Below, piece by piece: positions 1 to 11,886 of a DNA stretch of 44,687 nt. The notes beneath the pieces were generated by a model, which saw nothing but the letters and a program-made list of their open reading frames with translations, ran no database searches and was not told the origin of the DNA. Made by a program: the position numbers and the translations under genes. Within the stretch, counting starts at the first letter, position 1. Every line of letters begins with the position of its first letter. This DNA comes from Dimargaris cristalligena (taxonomy: Eukaryota). Location: positions 1 through 44,687 of the forward strand of contig ML002306.1 of the NCBI GenBank assembly GCA_003614675.1, written 5' to 3'.

Positions 1-1042
1 GTATTACTGCTTGAATTGATAAATAATGACGAGTTTACGAATATATCTGGCTAATGATGATATCAAATATAAATGCGAATGATATTTGATGTATTTCTCA
101 CTTGCTATGATATTGCAAGGCTATAAAATAACAAATCAGAATTTCGTTGATAAAAGGATATATGTGATTAATCAGGGAATACTATGGTTAACTAAGTGGT
201 CTCAGGTCCTACCACAACAATGTCAAATTTGGATTCAGATCCTATTCCGTATTGAGAAATCTTTGGTAACCGTTCCATCCTTTAAGGTGATGTTAATTAG
301 GTTTAAACCGCCTATTGCATTATGAATTCGCACCTAATGGGTAAATTTACCAGCTCTATGGTCGAATTTAGTAGGTTTTTTTTATTGTCGCTGTTTGTAT
401 TATTGAATCATTGCTGATTATTAGAATTAGCCATATTTTGCTAATCTTATTTCATATATCAATTTGTATTCAAGTCAAACTAGTGGGTGAACAACAAAAC
501 CCTACTCAGGTGGTATCTGCCTATATTATATTAAAGTTATTTTGGGACACCACAATGTTATTTGAAAACATTATAGGTTTGCGTTTAGGAAATGATGTTT
601 ACAAAAATGTAGGTTGGTTTTTGCGGGAGGTAATATTTATTTCTGCTATACCCTATCTAATTGAAGAATTGTTTATGGCAGGTTCACTAGGCTATTGGTA
701 AAAATGTCCCAATACGCCTAAAGCCGCGGATGCAAGGTGGGGAAAATCTTGGGTGCTCACATGCAAAAGTGGCCGAGAAACCCAGATTAAACAGACGATG
801 GAAGTCGGGGAAGCGGCTATTGCAATAAACGTGTTCGAGGTCAAATAGGTCTCAATATGTTACCTATTATATGGAAAGGTTAGCATAGGTATAGTAGATA
901 GGAAACAAAACCCTGGGGCCCATGTTAGATTACTGTAATTTATCAACCTTGAGGGGTTACTGGGTGTTTGTCGCACCCAGGGTGATTAAATCAGGCTGAT
1001 TAAGTGCCGAGGTCTATTGTACTACTTTTTCCCATCAACTAC

Positions 1043-1364
1043 ACATGTCATGTAAACAACCAACGTAGTGGGGAAGCCATTTGGATAGCCGATAATTTAT
1101 GTGTTTGTGTCAGACATCAGTTTACTGACTACCGCGGTATTTAATCATTGAATTGTATACCCTTGGGCAATATTATCCAACGGCACACCCCAGTTTCATG
1201 ACCCCATTCTATTCGATAAGCCCAATTTCAGTACTAGTTACCCGAGAATTGATGAGAAAGAGAGAGGTAATAGATTAGTAGACCAGGGAATCACCTGTTC
1301 ACACGTATTCAATTTGCCCTGCTTCAAACATAAAATTCACGGTTCCCGTTTAAAGGTATAAATA
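1043..1364 (+). promoter_or_regulatory. Copy 1 promoter: ACATGTCATGT palindrome (1043-1053) and TATAAATA (1357-1364)
   Basis: Motifs and spacing conserved across array units. Confidence 0.65.
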
Positions 1365-1518
1365 TGCACCTACATCCACTCGATTGTTTTCAATAACTAT
1401 TGTTTATAAATACTTGTTATTCGTCAATAGCAATTTCTACGTTATACTTGAATTATTCCACCGACCCCGACCCCAACCCCAATCCTGACCCTGACCCTAC
1501 CGCTACTCAGCCCTAGTC

Positions 1519-1953
1519 ATGCTAGTCCAAACATTAGATGGGGATTGGGAGACTTTGGAAGTTCACGGTAAGTAGCCTTATCTGATAAGCGTCAAACAGC
1601 TGATTCGCGTATCCCATTTTTCACATCCCCCATTTCGACTGTCTTGCATTTACCTGGCCTTCCAGTTGATTAGATTGTTACATGACTATACATCAGCACC
1701 TATACCCCGTTGGAGAATTGTTTTTCAGGAACATTTAAATAACCCATCACTAACCAACGTGTACTTATAAATTTTGTTCTTATTGTGTTTAGCAAATATT
1801 TATTGGACTTTTAGATTCTCAACCTATGTGCTGTACAAAGGCACCGTCACGGACATTCTCGAGGACCAAAACTTGGTGATTATCCAAAATACCCCTATTG
1901 GAAATGTCACCGTGAAGTCCGCGGATATCCTTATCAAACCATGTTCACTTTAA
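1519..1953 (+). CDS. Array micro-protein copy 1, 69 aa; exons 1519-1567, 1793-1953
   Basis: ATG, GTAAGT donor, CACTAAC branch site, TTTAG acceptor, in-frame join: MLVQTLDGDWETLEVHANIYWTFRFSTYVLYKGTVTDILEDQNLVIIQNTPIGNVTVKSADILIKPCSL; gap-free alignment with five paralogs. Confidence 0.88.
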
Positions 1954-4858
1954 TTCAGCTGAAACATATACTATGCCCTATTCCGATTTGGGTTACCATT
2001 AGGCTATTGGCTTGGCCTGCCAACTGGGAGTTAGACCGATTCCGGCCTCAACGAAGTGCATATCTTTCTCATTCAATTTTGGCAATAGTACTGTATTATT
2101 TAGTGTTTAATAATGGCTGTATGGAGATATTTGGCTACTATAATGCCTTGGTTAATACTGGGCAAGTGTTATAGGATCTATGTTTATTGATGGTATTTAT
2201 AATTGAACAACTGTCCAAAAAGACTATCATTATCTCCTGTGGGATTGTATTTAGCTAATATATCCAGTAGTGGGTTAGGGTCTTGTTTGACTATTCTAGG
2301 AAGGATTTGCAGTTATTGTTGTCAGTTATCGTGTGTATGAACACCAAAACTGGGCGCGCGGATAGCCTCATTATTGTATATATGGTGACCAACAGTGAAT
2401 TTGCAGTGCATGGTAACCACACCTTCAGTGTGCCTGGCATGAGAAGCTACAAAACGGCCCTGACATCCTTCCCGGACTGCTTCGATGTCACAATGAAGGG
2501 CCCGAACTTGACAGGCCTGGAGATGCTCTAGGACACAGCTTGAGTAATTTCAGGGGCGCTGGAACTCAAGATGGGCACCAGTTATGATAGTAGGGAACAA
2601 GGAAATTCAATTGCCCAAGTATTTAGAAATACTCGGAAAAATATTAAAGGTTTGATTAAAATGAATAATAGTTTCGAGAAGTTTGAACTTCAATTGATAA
2701 CCGACTCTTGGTTTTCTTTTGCAGGGCCCCAACGTCTTTTTATATTCCTATTCGATTATTATTACTATGTCCATATAAACACAGGACGGGTATAAAGGTA
2801 TTGAAAGTAAGGCTATGGTGAGTAATTTCATTGGTAATATATTAGCGATAAACGAATTGCAATATTTTTAATCATAGGAATCACGTAATAAATGCTATCA
2901 CAATAGACGTTGAAAGGATAAAAGCAAGCTAAAAATAGAGCTAGTGAATGGGCTATAAGCAGGGTGTGGTTTCAACTACTAACAATCAATCACGACATAC
3001 TGGACAATACCACAAATTAATACAAATATGATGGTGCAAAATTACGGAATCCATATAGCCGCTTGGTAAATCCGATGGTCAAAATGGATTCGCCCCCAAT
3101 AGATCTCGTTGTTGTCCCGGTTAACCCCACACTTGGCTTATCAATGGCCCCATAGATGGGTGTTTAATGAGAACCATGACCAGGGGGGCACTTGTCCAGT
3201 GATATCAGCACTTGATAGGTGTGGAAATAGGTATTCAGGACTGGATAACATAGGAATGGTGCTGAGAGCATACTCACTAGAATAAGTAGGTGAGTATATA
3301 GGGGATTCATTAGATAAACAAGGGGAAAAAGTAAGCTGAGTAACGAATGTATCATAACTTGACTAATCATTATATATAGAGTCCATTTGTAGGAAGCACC
3401 TGGGCAGGAATACTGAAGGATACTAATGATTAGGTAAAAAGGTCAGTCAGGGGTGCCAGTATCTGAATGTCACTAACGAAGACAGGGAGAGACTTTGTGA
3501 TCAGACCTGACCAAAGTCAGACATGACAACCTAAAGGGCTATTTAAGAATCCCAATATGAAATTCGTAACTGGGGCTGCTACCTAGTAGGTAACGCTGTG
3601 AGTTCCCAAATCACTATATATACCTCAAACCTGGCTAATTAGCCTTCAGTTTAATAATGTGTAAATAATTCTTTTAGAAATCTATCCACCTAACCTGGTA
3701 TTTCATTGCTGCCATTTCTGTCCTATTTGGAAGCTCGGTTACTTATTAGGACCTACTCGCCTTATATGTTATAATAGGACCATGTTTACTACAACCAATT
3801 TGGGTTTCGAAGACCTCTTTCTGATATTCTATGCGTGTCCAAATCAATGTGACTTTATTATCAGCCCTGTCGGAATACTTATTACTTTATTACCTACACT
3901 TATTTTAGTTTTAGAATCAAGTCGTGGTCAGAAAAAAATATGAATTTTGCTGCCAATTCGCACATTATGTTAATTTTAAATGGAATTAAACCAACAATTG
4001 CACGATGACTTCGCATCCAATAAGCATATTTATCAGCCCCATGGTTAAAGAAATAGTACATTTTCCAGTGTTGTTGATAACAATGCCGAGTCATTGCTGA
4101 TCATCAGAATTCACTATATTTTACCAATGGTGTTCTATATATCAATTCGTATACATTTCTAACTAGTGGATGAATGTCACAACGATAATCAGGTGGATTA
4201 TTGTATATATTTTATCAAGATAATTTAGAAACACTACAATATTATCAGAAAACGCGATAGTACTGCGGTTACAAAATGATGGCCTTTTCCTCCTGCCAGC
4301 CAGCCTATTTACTGACAATCAGGTGCTTTGTAGTCGCTACTAACTTAGGCCCCCCAACTTCAATTCTATAAATGGGTAATGGAGAAACTATTGGTGTTTA
4401 CTATCATGTAGATTAGTTTTTTTGTAATGTTAAATTTATTCCTGTTATGTTCCAACTTTTTGTGGAATGGTTATAGGCGGATTAAATTGTCCACTGGTCA
4501 TAATGGCCCAATTGGCCTAGAACTCCGTAGGCAGGGTGAGTTAAATACCAAGTGTTCGCAAACAAAAGTGACCAAGGTACTCAAATTTAACAGATAATAG
4601 AAGTCGGGAATGACTCTTATAATAAATCCGTTTGGGGGTAAATGGTTGTCAGTATGTTACTTGTTATATGGAAAGTCGGTAACTAGGAGTGGATTTCCCT
4701 GGTGCCTGGCGAGATCGCAACTTGAACCCTGATCGTCCAACGTTTGCATGTTCTGAGGGATACTGATAAAGAAAAGCTCGAGGCGGTGGTGTGGGTAACC
4801 AATACATTCGGGCAGCCTTACGGTAATAGGTTGTTAGGAAAAGTTGGCATCGGTATAA

Positions 4859-5000
4859 TATGGATGGGATTCGGACCAGCCGTATAAGCTTTTAAACGAT
4901 ACGCAAATGGGGAAATGGGAGGGTGATTCGTTGTTGGCCAATAGTAGTTGCCTCATCCAACGGATTTTATGTTATATAATCTGGTTGAACCTCTCCCATA
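4859..5000. mobile_element. ~140-bp MITE-like insertion with imperfect ~29-bp terminal inverted repeats
   Basis: Absent at this position in other units; ends tatggatgggattcggaccagccgtataa / ttatataatctggttgaacctctcccata; related copy at 11682-11822. Confidence 0.65.
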
Positions 5001-5142
5001 TATAGGAAACACTATATTGGTGCCTGAGTTTAGTGTAATTTATCAACTTTGTGGGATTACGGGGTATTTGTTTCACCCCAGACGATTCAATCGAGCGGGT
5101 TAAATGGCAGTGTCTACTGGGCAAATGTTGTCCATCAACTAC

Positions 5143-5464
5143 ACATGGCATGTAAACAGCTAACGTAGCGGGGAACCGATTGGAGCGGTAAGTGATTGAC
5201 GCGCTAGTTTAGAAAATTATGCGTCTGACTGCGTGATGTTCAATCACTATATTTTATCACCTTAGGCAGTCCTAATTAGCGGGAAATCACAATTAAATAC
5301 CGCTGTTCTATTTGAAAATCTCAATTTCGACACTAATCACTCGGGAATCAATGAACGTAAGGGAGGCAGAGAATTAGTAGATCGGGAACTTTCAGGTCGC
5401 ACATAACCTTTTATCCCTACTGTAATTATTTAGGTTTTATGGTTCCCTCTCAAAAGTATAAATA
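5143..5464 (+). promoter_or_regulatory. Copy 2 promoter: ACATGGCATGT (5143-5153) and TATAAATA (5457-5464)
   Basis: Same motifs, 314-bp spacing. Confidence 0.65.
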
Positions 5465-5615
5465 TGCCCTTCCATCCACTCATCTGTTTTTGACAATTAC
5501 CGTCTCAAACAACTAGCTGTTCACTATTAGCAACCTCAGAACCAGCCTTGGTTTATTCCTACGACCTTAACCCCCCCCCCCTCCCTCCCCCCCCCGCCGC
5601 CAATCAACCTTAACC

Positions 5616-6048
5616 ATGTTCATTCAAACATTCGACGGAGTTTGGAAGGATGTGGAATTGAACTGTAAGTAACTAGATCCAATAAACGCCAAATAGTCGA
5701 TTCGCACATCCCATATTCCATATCTCCTTATTGCCTCTCTTACATTGGCCTAGCCTTCGGGCAGATCAGATAGTTATATAGCTATTCATCGGCGCCTGTA
5801 CCCCGTTGCTGAATAATTTTCAAAAACACTTAAATAACCCATCGCTAATTAACACGGATTTCCCAAAACTATTCTTATTTTGTTTAGCGAGGATTTACTG
5901 GGCCTTTAAAACGACACCTAACAGAGTATACGAAGGCACGGTCACGGTCTTTATGGAGGAACAAAGCAAATTGGTTATCGACGATTTCGTTCTCGGAGAG
6001 GTCAGCATGTATTATGATGCTATCTATTTCAGACCCTGTTCACTTTGA
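5616..6048 (+). CDS. Array micro-protein copy 2, 69 aa; exons 5616-5664, 5888-6048
   Basis: GTAAGT..TTTAG intron; MFIQTFDGVWKDVELNSRIYWAFKTTPNRVYEGTVTVFMEEQSKLVIDDFVLGEVSMYYDAIYFRPCSL; AATAAA at 6144. Confidence 0.88.
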
Positions 6049-6353
6049 TTCGGCTGAAACATATACAATGCCCTATTCCGGTCAGCATTCTGTGAGGCGA
6101 TTGGCTTGACCCGTCAATTGGGAATTTTTTTGACTACGACTTCAATAAAGTACATGTTTTTTTCGTTCAATTTCGGCAATAGTGATGCGATAGCTGGTGT
6201 TTAAAAATGACTATACAAAAGTTTGGCTATTGTAAAACATTGGTTATGATCAGTCAAGTATTACGGCTTCTGTATCAGTGGATGGTAGTAAGACCCGACC
6301 AATTGCAAACATTGGCCATCATTGGTACCTGTGGGCTTATATTTGGATGATAT

Positions 6354-6613
6354 TGTTAGAATGATAAATTCAATGGTAAACGCAAGTGCCTTCGAATACA
6401 ACTGAAATAATTTAAAGAAGAGAAAAAGAACCGCAAGGAGCAGAGCTAGATGCCTGCAGTTAGTTTTATTGAGATGGATAACAGTAGTAATCAAGATTAG
6501 GACGAAGTCCCAAGTATAGAATAATATAGTAATAGCTAGAATATAGTCCCGAGTTGAGGACGAGCCAATCAGAGAGATGGGATCGGTGGTCGGGGGGAAA
6601 TGAATTTCCAACA
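6354..6613 (-). mobile_element. Solo LTR (260 bp) with 5-bp target-site duplication GATAT
   Basis: TGTTAGAA...TTCCAACA termini, GATAT on both sides (6349-6353, 6614-6618), interrupts the conserved 3' flank of copy 2; reverse-complement homolog at 8617-8837. Strand inferred from AATAAA orientation. Confidence 0.8.
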
Positions 6614-7353
6614 GATATAGCTAGTGATGATTTAAGGCGTTTTTGGAATATTCAGGTACTTGTGAGTATTGTTGTTGGGTTTCAGATGAATGTTCACCAA
6701 ACCAATCTTGGATGTAACCTCAGTTGATGTAAATAGAGACTAGCGGGTATTCGATATAAATCAGATGATACCAAATTTCAGGATCTGCATAGCAGGTAAA
6801 TTACTCCCAAGAACAAAATGTATCGAACTCCCATGCCTATTTTCTACCTCTTTTCAATCCCCAAGGTGCTACTTAGGTTTTTATCTGATAATTATATTTT
6901 GGTGGGTCATGAACTCCCCTATTGATATCAGGTCACGGGAAATATTGGTCGTGATTATCCGGGTAGTTGGATCATATGATAGTGGATGTATTCGCTGGTA
7001 AATAGCCATCGGTCTGTTACTTATTATTTGGAAAGGAGTCAGCATGGAGTTGGGTTCTCTAGTGCATGGCAAATCCGCAAGTTGAACCCTAGTTATTCAA
7101 TGGCTAAATGTTGTGAGTGTTACTGATAGGGAATAGCTCGAGGCGGTGGTGTGGGCAACCAATTTATCGGATCAGACTTACGGAAATAGCTATATTGGAA
7201 AAGTTGGTGTCGGTATAATAAATAGGAAACAGTATTCAGTGTATCTAGTTAGTTTAGCATAATTTATCAATTTCATGGGATTAGAGGATGTTTGGTGCAC
7301 CCCGAGTGATTAAATAACAGGATCTTCTGGACCACATTTTGCCTATCAACTAC

Positions 7354-7675
7354 ACGTGGCATGTAAACGACTAACGTAGCGGGGAAATGATTAGGGTGGT
7401 AGGTGATCGATGTGCTAGTGCCAAACGTCAAACAATCGGCTGCTGTGGAATCCAATCATTATTTTATCGACTTAGGCGGTCTTATCCAGCGGATAACCCT
7501 TGTATAATACTACTATTCCATTCATAAGACCCATTTTCGACATAAATCACTCAGGAATTGACGAGAAAAATAGAGGCAATGGATTAGTAGACCAGGGAAT
7601 CAACTGTCCACACTGAATCAATTTGCCCTTCTGATCTAATTTCAGGCATACGGTTCCCTTCCAAAAGTATAAATA
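7354..7675 (+). promoter_or_regulatory. Copy 3 promoter: ACGTGGCATGT (7354-7364) and TATAAATA (7668-7675)
   Basis: One mismatch in the palindrome, 314-bp spacing. Confidence 0.62.
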
Positions 7676-7808
7676 TTCCACATTATCTTTTCGACTTTCA
7701 ATAATTGCCGTCTCTAATAGTTGGCTATTCGCCATTAGTAATTTCTACACCCGACTTGTATTAATCCGCCGACCTTGTCACCCCCCCCCACCGCTACTCA
7801 ACCTCGAC

Positions 7809-8252
7809 ATGCTAGTGCAAACATTCAAAGGGGATTTTGTGGCTTTGGTAATGCACGGTGAGTAATTTGATATACTCTAAACCCATTATCCGACTCGCAC
7901 ATCCCATATTCCACATTCAACCCATTCATCTATTATACTCTCTCAACCTTTCGATTGTTTAGATAGTACTCTGGCCATTCATTAGTGTCTATAATCTGAC
8001 GCTGAATTAATTCTAGGGACACATAAATTACTCGCCACTTATTCACGCGGAATGTTTAATTATTGCTCTTATTTTTATTTAGAAGTGATCTATTTCGCCT
8101 TTAAATCTTTTCCCAAAATGATACACAAAGGCAGTGTCGCGAAAATTGACGAGTACTCAGATGTTGTGACCATCGAAGGTACCGCTCTAGGAACCTACCA
8201 CGCGAAGGCCACAGATATATATGTCAAAACCTCCCGCAATTTATTAAGATAA
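7809..8252 (+). CDS. Array micro-protein copy 3, 72 aa; exons 7809-7857, 8083-8252
   Basis: GTGAGT..TTTAG intron; MLVQTFKGDFVALVMHEVIYFAFKSFPKMIHKGSVAKIDEYSDVVTIEGTALGTYHAKATDIYVKTSRNLLR; AATAAA at 8339. Confidence 0.88.
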
Positions 8253-8616
8253 AATATGTAATGTACCTTATTCCGATTGGTATGCCAGTACGCGACCCGC
8301 TTGATCGGTGAATTTCTAGAAAGCCTGACTCCGGCTTTAATAAAGAATTTATTTGTGTATATATATAATTTCGACAAAAGTGGTGTAATAGTTAGTGGTT
8401 GAATATAGTTATATGACGAAATGTGGCTATTGTAAAACCCTCGTTAAGATCAGGCAGGTGTTTCAATTGTGTTTATTAAGGGTAGTTTTATTAAAAAAAT
8501 TGTCCACAACAGCTATCATTGTATTTTGTGGGATTATATTTGGCTGGTGTAACTGGCAGTGGTCTGAGATGATATTGAGATATTTAAGGGTTTGCGGGAG
8601 TCGTTGTTGAAAATTA

Positions 8617-8837
8617 TGTTGGAAATTCATTTCCCCCGTCCCACTGACTCCATCTCTCTAATTGGTTTGTCCTGTACTCGGGACTTCGTTTTTGTCACTA
8701 TTACTCCTATTATCCAACTCAATAAAGTCAACCACGGGCATCTAGATCTGTCCTTTGCGGTTCTTTCTCTCTTCTTTAAATCATTTTAGTTGCATCTGAA
8801 GGCACTTGCATTTACCATTCAATTTATTATTCCAACA
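8617..8837 (+). mobile_element. Solo LTR (221 bp), same family as 6354-6613 in opposite orientation
   Basis: Perfect 8-bp inverted termini TGTTGGAA/TTCCAACA, internal AATAAA ~8721; flanks AATTA/CAATA are not a clean TSD. Confidence 0.72.
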
Positions 8838-9281
8838 CAATATTCATCCCCCCAGTAAGCCAAGCTATTATCACACTTTTTCTGGCCGTGGCTGTAATAA
8901 ATGGGTTCACGGGTTTATTGGTCTCAGTATGTTATCTATTATATATAAAAGTGGCAACTAGGAGGTACGTCCTCTGGTGCCTAGAAAGTCCACATTTTGA
9001 GCCCTGATCAATCAGTTGTGAAATGTTGTGAGGGTTACCGATAAGCAAAGGCTCGAGACGGTAGGATGAGCAGCCAATACATTGGGTTGGCCTTACAGAA
9101 ATGGGTTTATTGAAAATGTTGGTGTTAGTATAGTAAATAGGGGTCACTATATTGGGGCATAAGTCAGTTAAGTATAATTTATCAGCTTCATTGGATTAGA
9201 AAATGTTTGGTGCACCCCGGGTGATTAAATCAAGCTGATTAAATGACAGGGCCTCTTAGTCTACTGTTGCCCATCAACTAC

Positions 9282-9603
9282 ACATGACATGTAAGCAGTT
9301 AACGTAGTGGGGAGCCGATTAGGTTGGTAGGTGATTGACGCGCTAGTCTCAAAAATGATGTGTCTGACTGTGTGACGTTCAACTACGGTATTTTATTTCC
9401 TTAGGCGGACTTATCCGCCAGATAACCCTGGTTTAATACCACTATTACATTTATAAGACCCAACTTCGACACTAATCACTCGGGAATTGATGAAAGTAAG
9501 AGAGACGCTGGATTAGTAGATCAGGAACTTTCATGTCGCACATAATCATTTATCCCTACTGTAGTCGTATAGTTTTTATGGTTCCCTTTCAAAAGTATAA
9601 ATA
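9282..9603 (+). promoter_or_regulatory. Copy 4 promoter: ACATGACATGT (9282-9292) and TATAAATA (9596-9603)
   Basis: Same motifs, 314-bp spacing. Confidence 0.65.
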
Positions 9604-9741
9604 TACATTTTGATCCATTCATCTGGTTTCGACAATTACTATATCCAATCACTAGCTATTGACCGTTAGCAACTTCTGCGCCACACTTGATTTATTCCGC
9701 CGACCTTAACCCCCCCCCCCCACCGCTAATCTACCCTAGCT

Positions 9742-10183
9742 ATGATCATTCAAACATTCGAAGGAGATTACACGACTTTGATATTGAACAGTAAGTAACT
9801 AGATCAGGTAAACTCCAGATAGTCGATTCGCATATTTTATAATTCAAATTTCCCTGCTGCCTCTCTTACAGTTCCCTAATCTTCAAATTGATCAGAAAGT
9901 TATATATATATATTCACCAGTGCCTATATCCTGTTGCTGTATAGTTTGCAGGATAACTTAAAGAAACTGCCCCTAATTAATACGGACTTCACAATATTGT
10001 TCTTTTTTTCTTTTAGCAAGGGTTGTTTGGGCCTTTAAATCGTGTCCCAGAATTACAAGCGAAGGCATTGTCAAGGAAATTAGGGAGAGCCAATATACAT
10101 TTCTTATCGACGATGTCGAAGATGGAGAAATCCTCTTGACTTTCGATACTATCTACGTTACACCCTACTTACATTTTAATTAG
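9742..10183 (+). CDS. Array micro-protein copy 4, 71 aa; exons 9742-9790, 10017-10183
   Basis: GTAAGT..TTTAG intron; MIIQTFEGDYTTLILNTRVVWAFKSCPRITSEGIVKEIRESQYTFLIDDVEDGEILLTFDTIYVTPYLHFN. Confidence 0.88.
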
Positions 10184-10680
10184 GCCTAGACATGTAATAT
10201 GCCATATCCCGGTTGGCATACCAGTAGGCAGCACAATTCACCCGTGAATTGCTAGTAAATCTGACTCCGGCTTCAATACAGTGTATATTTTGTTTCATTT
10301 AATTTTGGCAATAGCAATGCAGTAGTTGGTGTTTAAAAATGGCCATATGGCAAAATGTAGCTCTTGTAAAACCCTTGTTAAGATCAGGCAAGTGTTACGA
10401 TTTCTGTAATTATGAATAGTATTTATATTCAAACCATTATCACCTATGGTATTATATTTGGTCAATATAGCTGAAGGTGTCTTTGTTAGAAATTGCATGA
10501 TCTATCATGATTCTCTTTTAGCTCTTGTAAGCAGTATTTTATTCACCCTATTATAGCCACGTCCCCTTCATTCTTATGGGTGTGTCCTCTACTAAGAAAA
10601 AAAACAACTCAACCGGAGTTGTTGTTTTCATTTTGTGGCTTTCTTCTTTATTCATTACTATTTCTACTAATGATTATATC

Positions 10681-11400
10681 TTTATTCAATAAAGCTTATG
10701 GCTTGTCACCTGGGTTAACTGCTCTTAGTCTGTCAAGAATCCCAGAGGTAGGCTTCTAATGGTAGATGGAGCCTAGATATGGCTAAGCAGGTCTTAGTAT
10801 TAGGTTGGGGCATGGTACTAACTAATAAAAGCTATGAATGCAGGTATAAGCAAGGGACATGCAGTAAGCACACTTACTAGTCAAATACAAGGGGGTTAAA
10901 TATATATAGAGTTTATTGGGATAAACTAAGGGGGGAAGAATAAGCTGAGGAGTTAAATCAGTCCCAGTGGGGCCTGGTTATATATATGCAGGGATGGCTC
11001 CAGAGGGAGGTCCCAAGGGAAATACTACTAAGACTAAGGTATAGGCAGATAAAGAGTCCGACCAGACAGCTTCACATTGGGAAGACTCTTATGAGAATAG
11101 GAAAAGTCTTGGATCCACAAGTTGAGTGTTTGGGGTGTAAAGCACTGGGGTTGGAATGAGTAGGGGTATATAATAAATGATGACCCATAGTACCAGGGGT
11201 GACTATGGGAAGGTTAATAGGGTACTATAAGGCCTAATAAGGATGGGTAATCATTAGGTCTGGATTAAGTCAGATTAGGAGTGCTGATAGCTAGAAGATA
11301 CTACTCAGAGATATAATGAATGATAACTCATAATAGATGAGTAAAAAGAATATGATATGTAAAAAAGACAAATCAAGTGGTGGTGGATGGCTAATGGTAT
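10681..11400. mobile_element. CpG-depleted degenerate repeat/TE relic
   Basis: One CpG counted in 720 bp; partial similarity to ~3260-3420; not part of the array unit; no domain recognised. Confidence 0.4.
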
Positions 11401-11681
11401 GTGACCCTTCAATAAGGCGGAATTCCCACATCTTGTTGGTAAAACTAGGTGATTATGGTGCCTAGTCCTTCATGAATAGTCAGCTTTACCCCTGTTGATT
11501 ATGAAGCATGACAGTTATTGATAATATATGGATCAAGATGATGGTGTGGGCAATAAATATATTGGATTGGTCTTACGGATATGGCTTTATTGGAAAAATT
11601 AGCATCAGTATAAAAGATAGGTGCCACTATATTGGGAACTAAGTTAGCTTGGCACAATTTATCAATTTCGTGGGATTAGAA

Positions 11682-11822
11682 TGTGGGTGAAATTCGGCCC
11701 AGCTGTATAAGGGTTTAAATGATAAGTGTATGGGATAATATATGGGAGATTTATTTTTATCCAGTATTTTTACTTCATTTAACGGACTTTTCGTTATACA
11801 GCTCAGCTGAACCTCTCCCATA
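11682..11822. mobile_element. ~140-bp MITE-like insertion, second copy
   Basis: Ends tgtgggtgaaattcggcccagctgtataa / ttatacagctcagctgaacctctcccata are imperfect inverted repeats; inserted at a different site of the unit than the copy at 4859. Confidence 0.65.
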
Positions 11823-11886
11823 TGTTTAATGCTCCCTAAGCGATTAAATAATGGCGCCTATTAGACGAATGCTTCCCATCAACTAC

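Noticed and set aside
1461-1500. Telomere-like hexamers upstream of copy 1
   Set aside because: Only about six degenerate units at the position of the poly-C tract in other copies; better explained by local slippage
2405-2580. GC-richer, coding-like fragment downstream of copy 1
   Set aside because: Interrupted by stops and not assignable to any family by eye
1942-6048. C-terminal PCSL in copies 1 and 2 as a CaaX or PTS1 signal
   Set aside because: Cys is third from the end rather than fourth, CSL is not a canonical PTS1, and the other four copies end differently
6261-8789. Two similar short ORFs (6261-6611 minus, 8592-8789 plus) suggesting a second gene family
   Set aside because: The similarity comes from the shared solo LTR; starts, lengths and ends are not conserved
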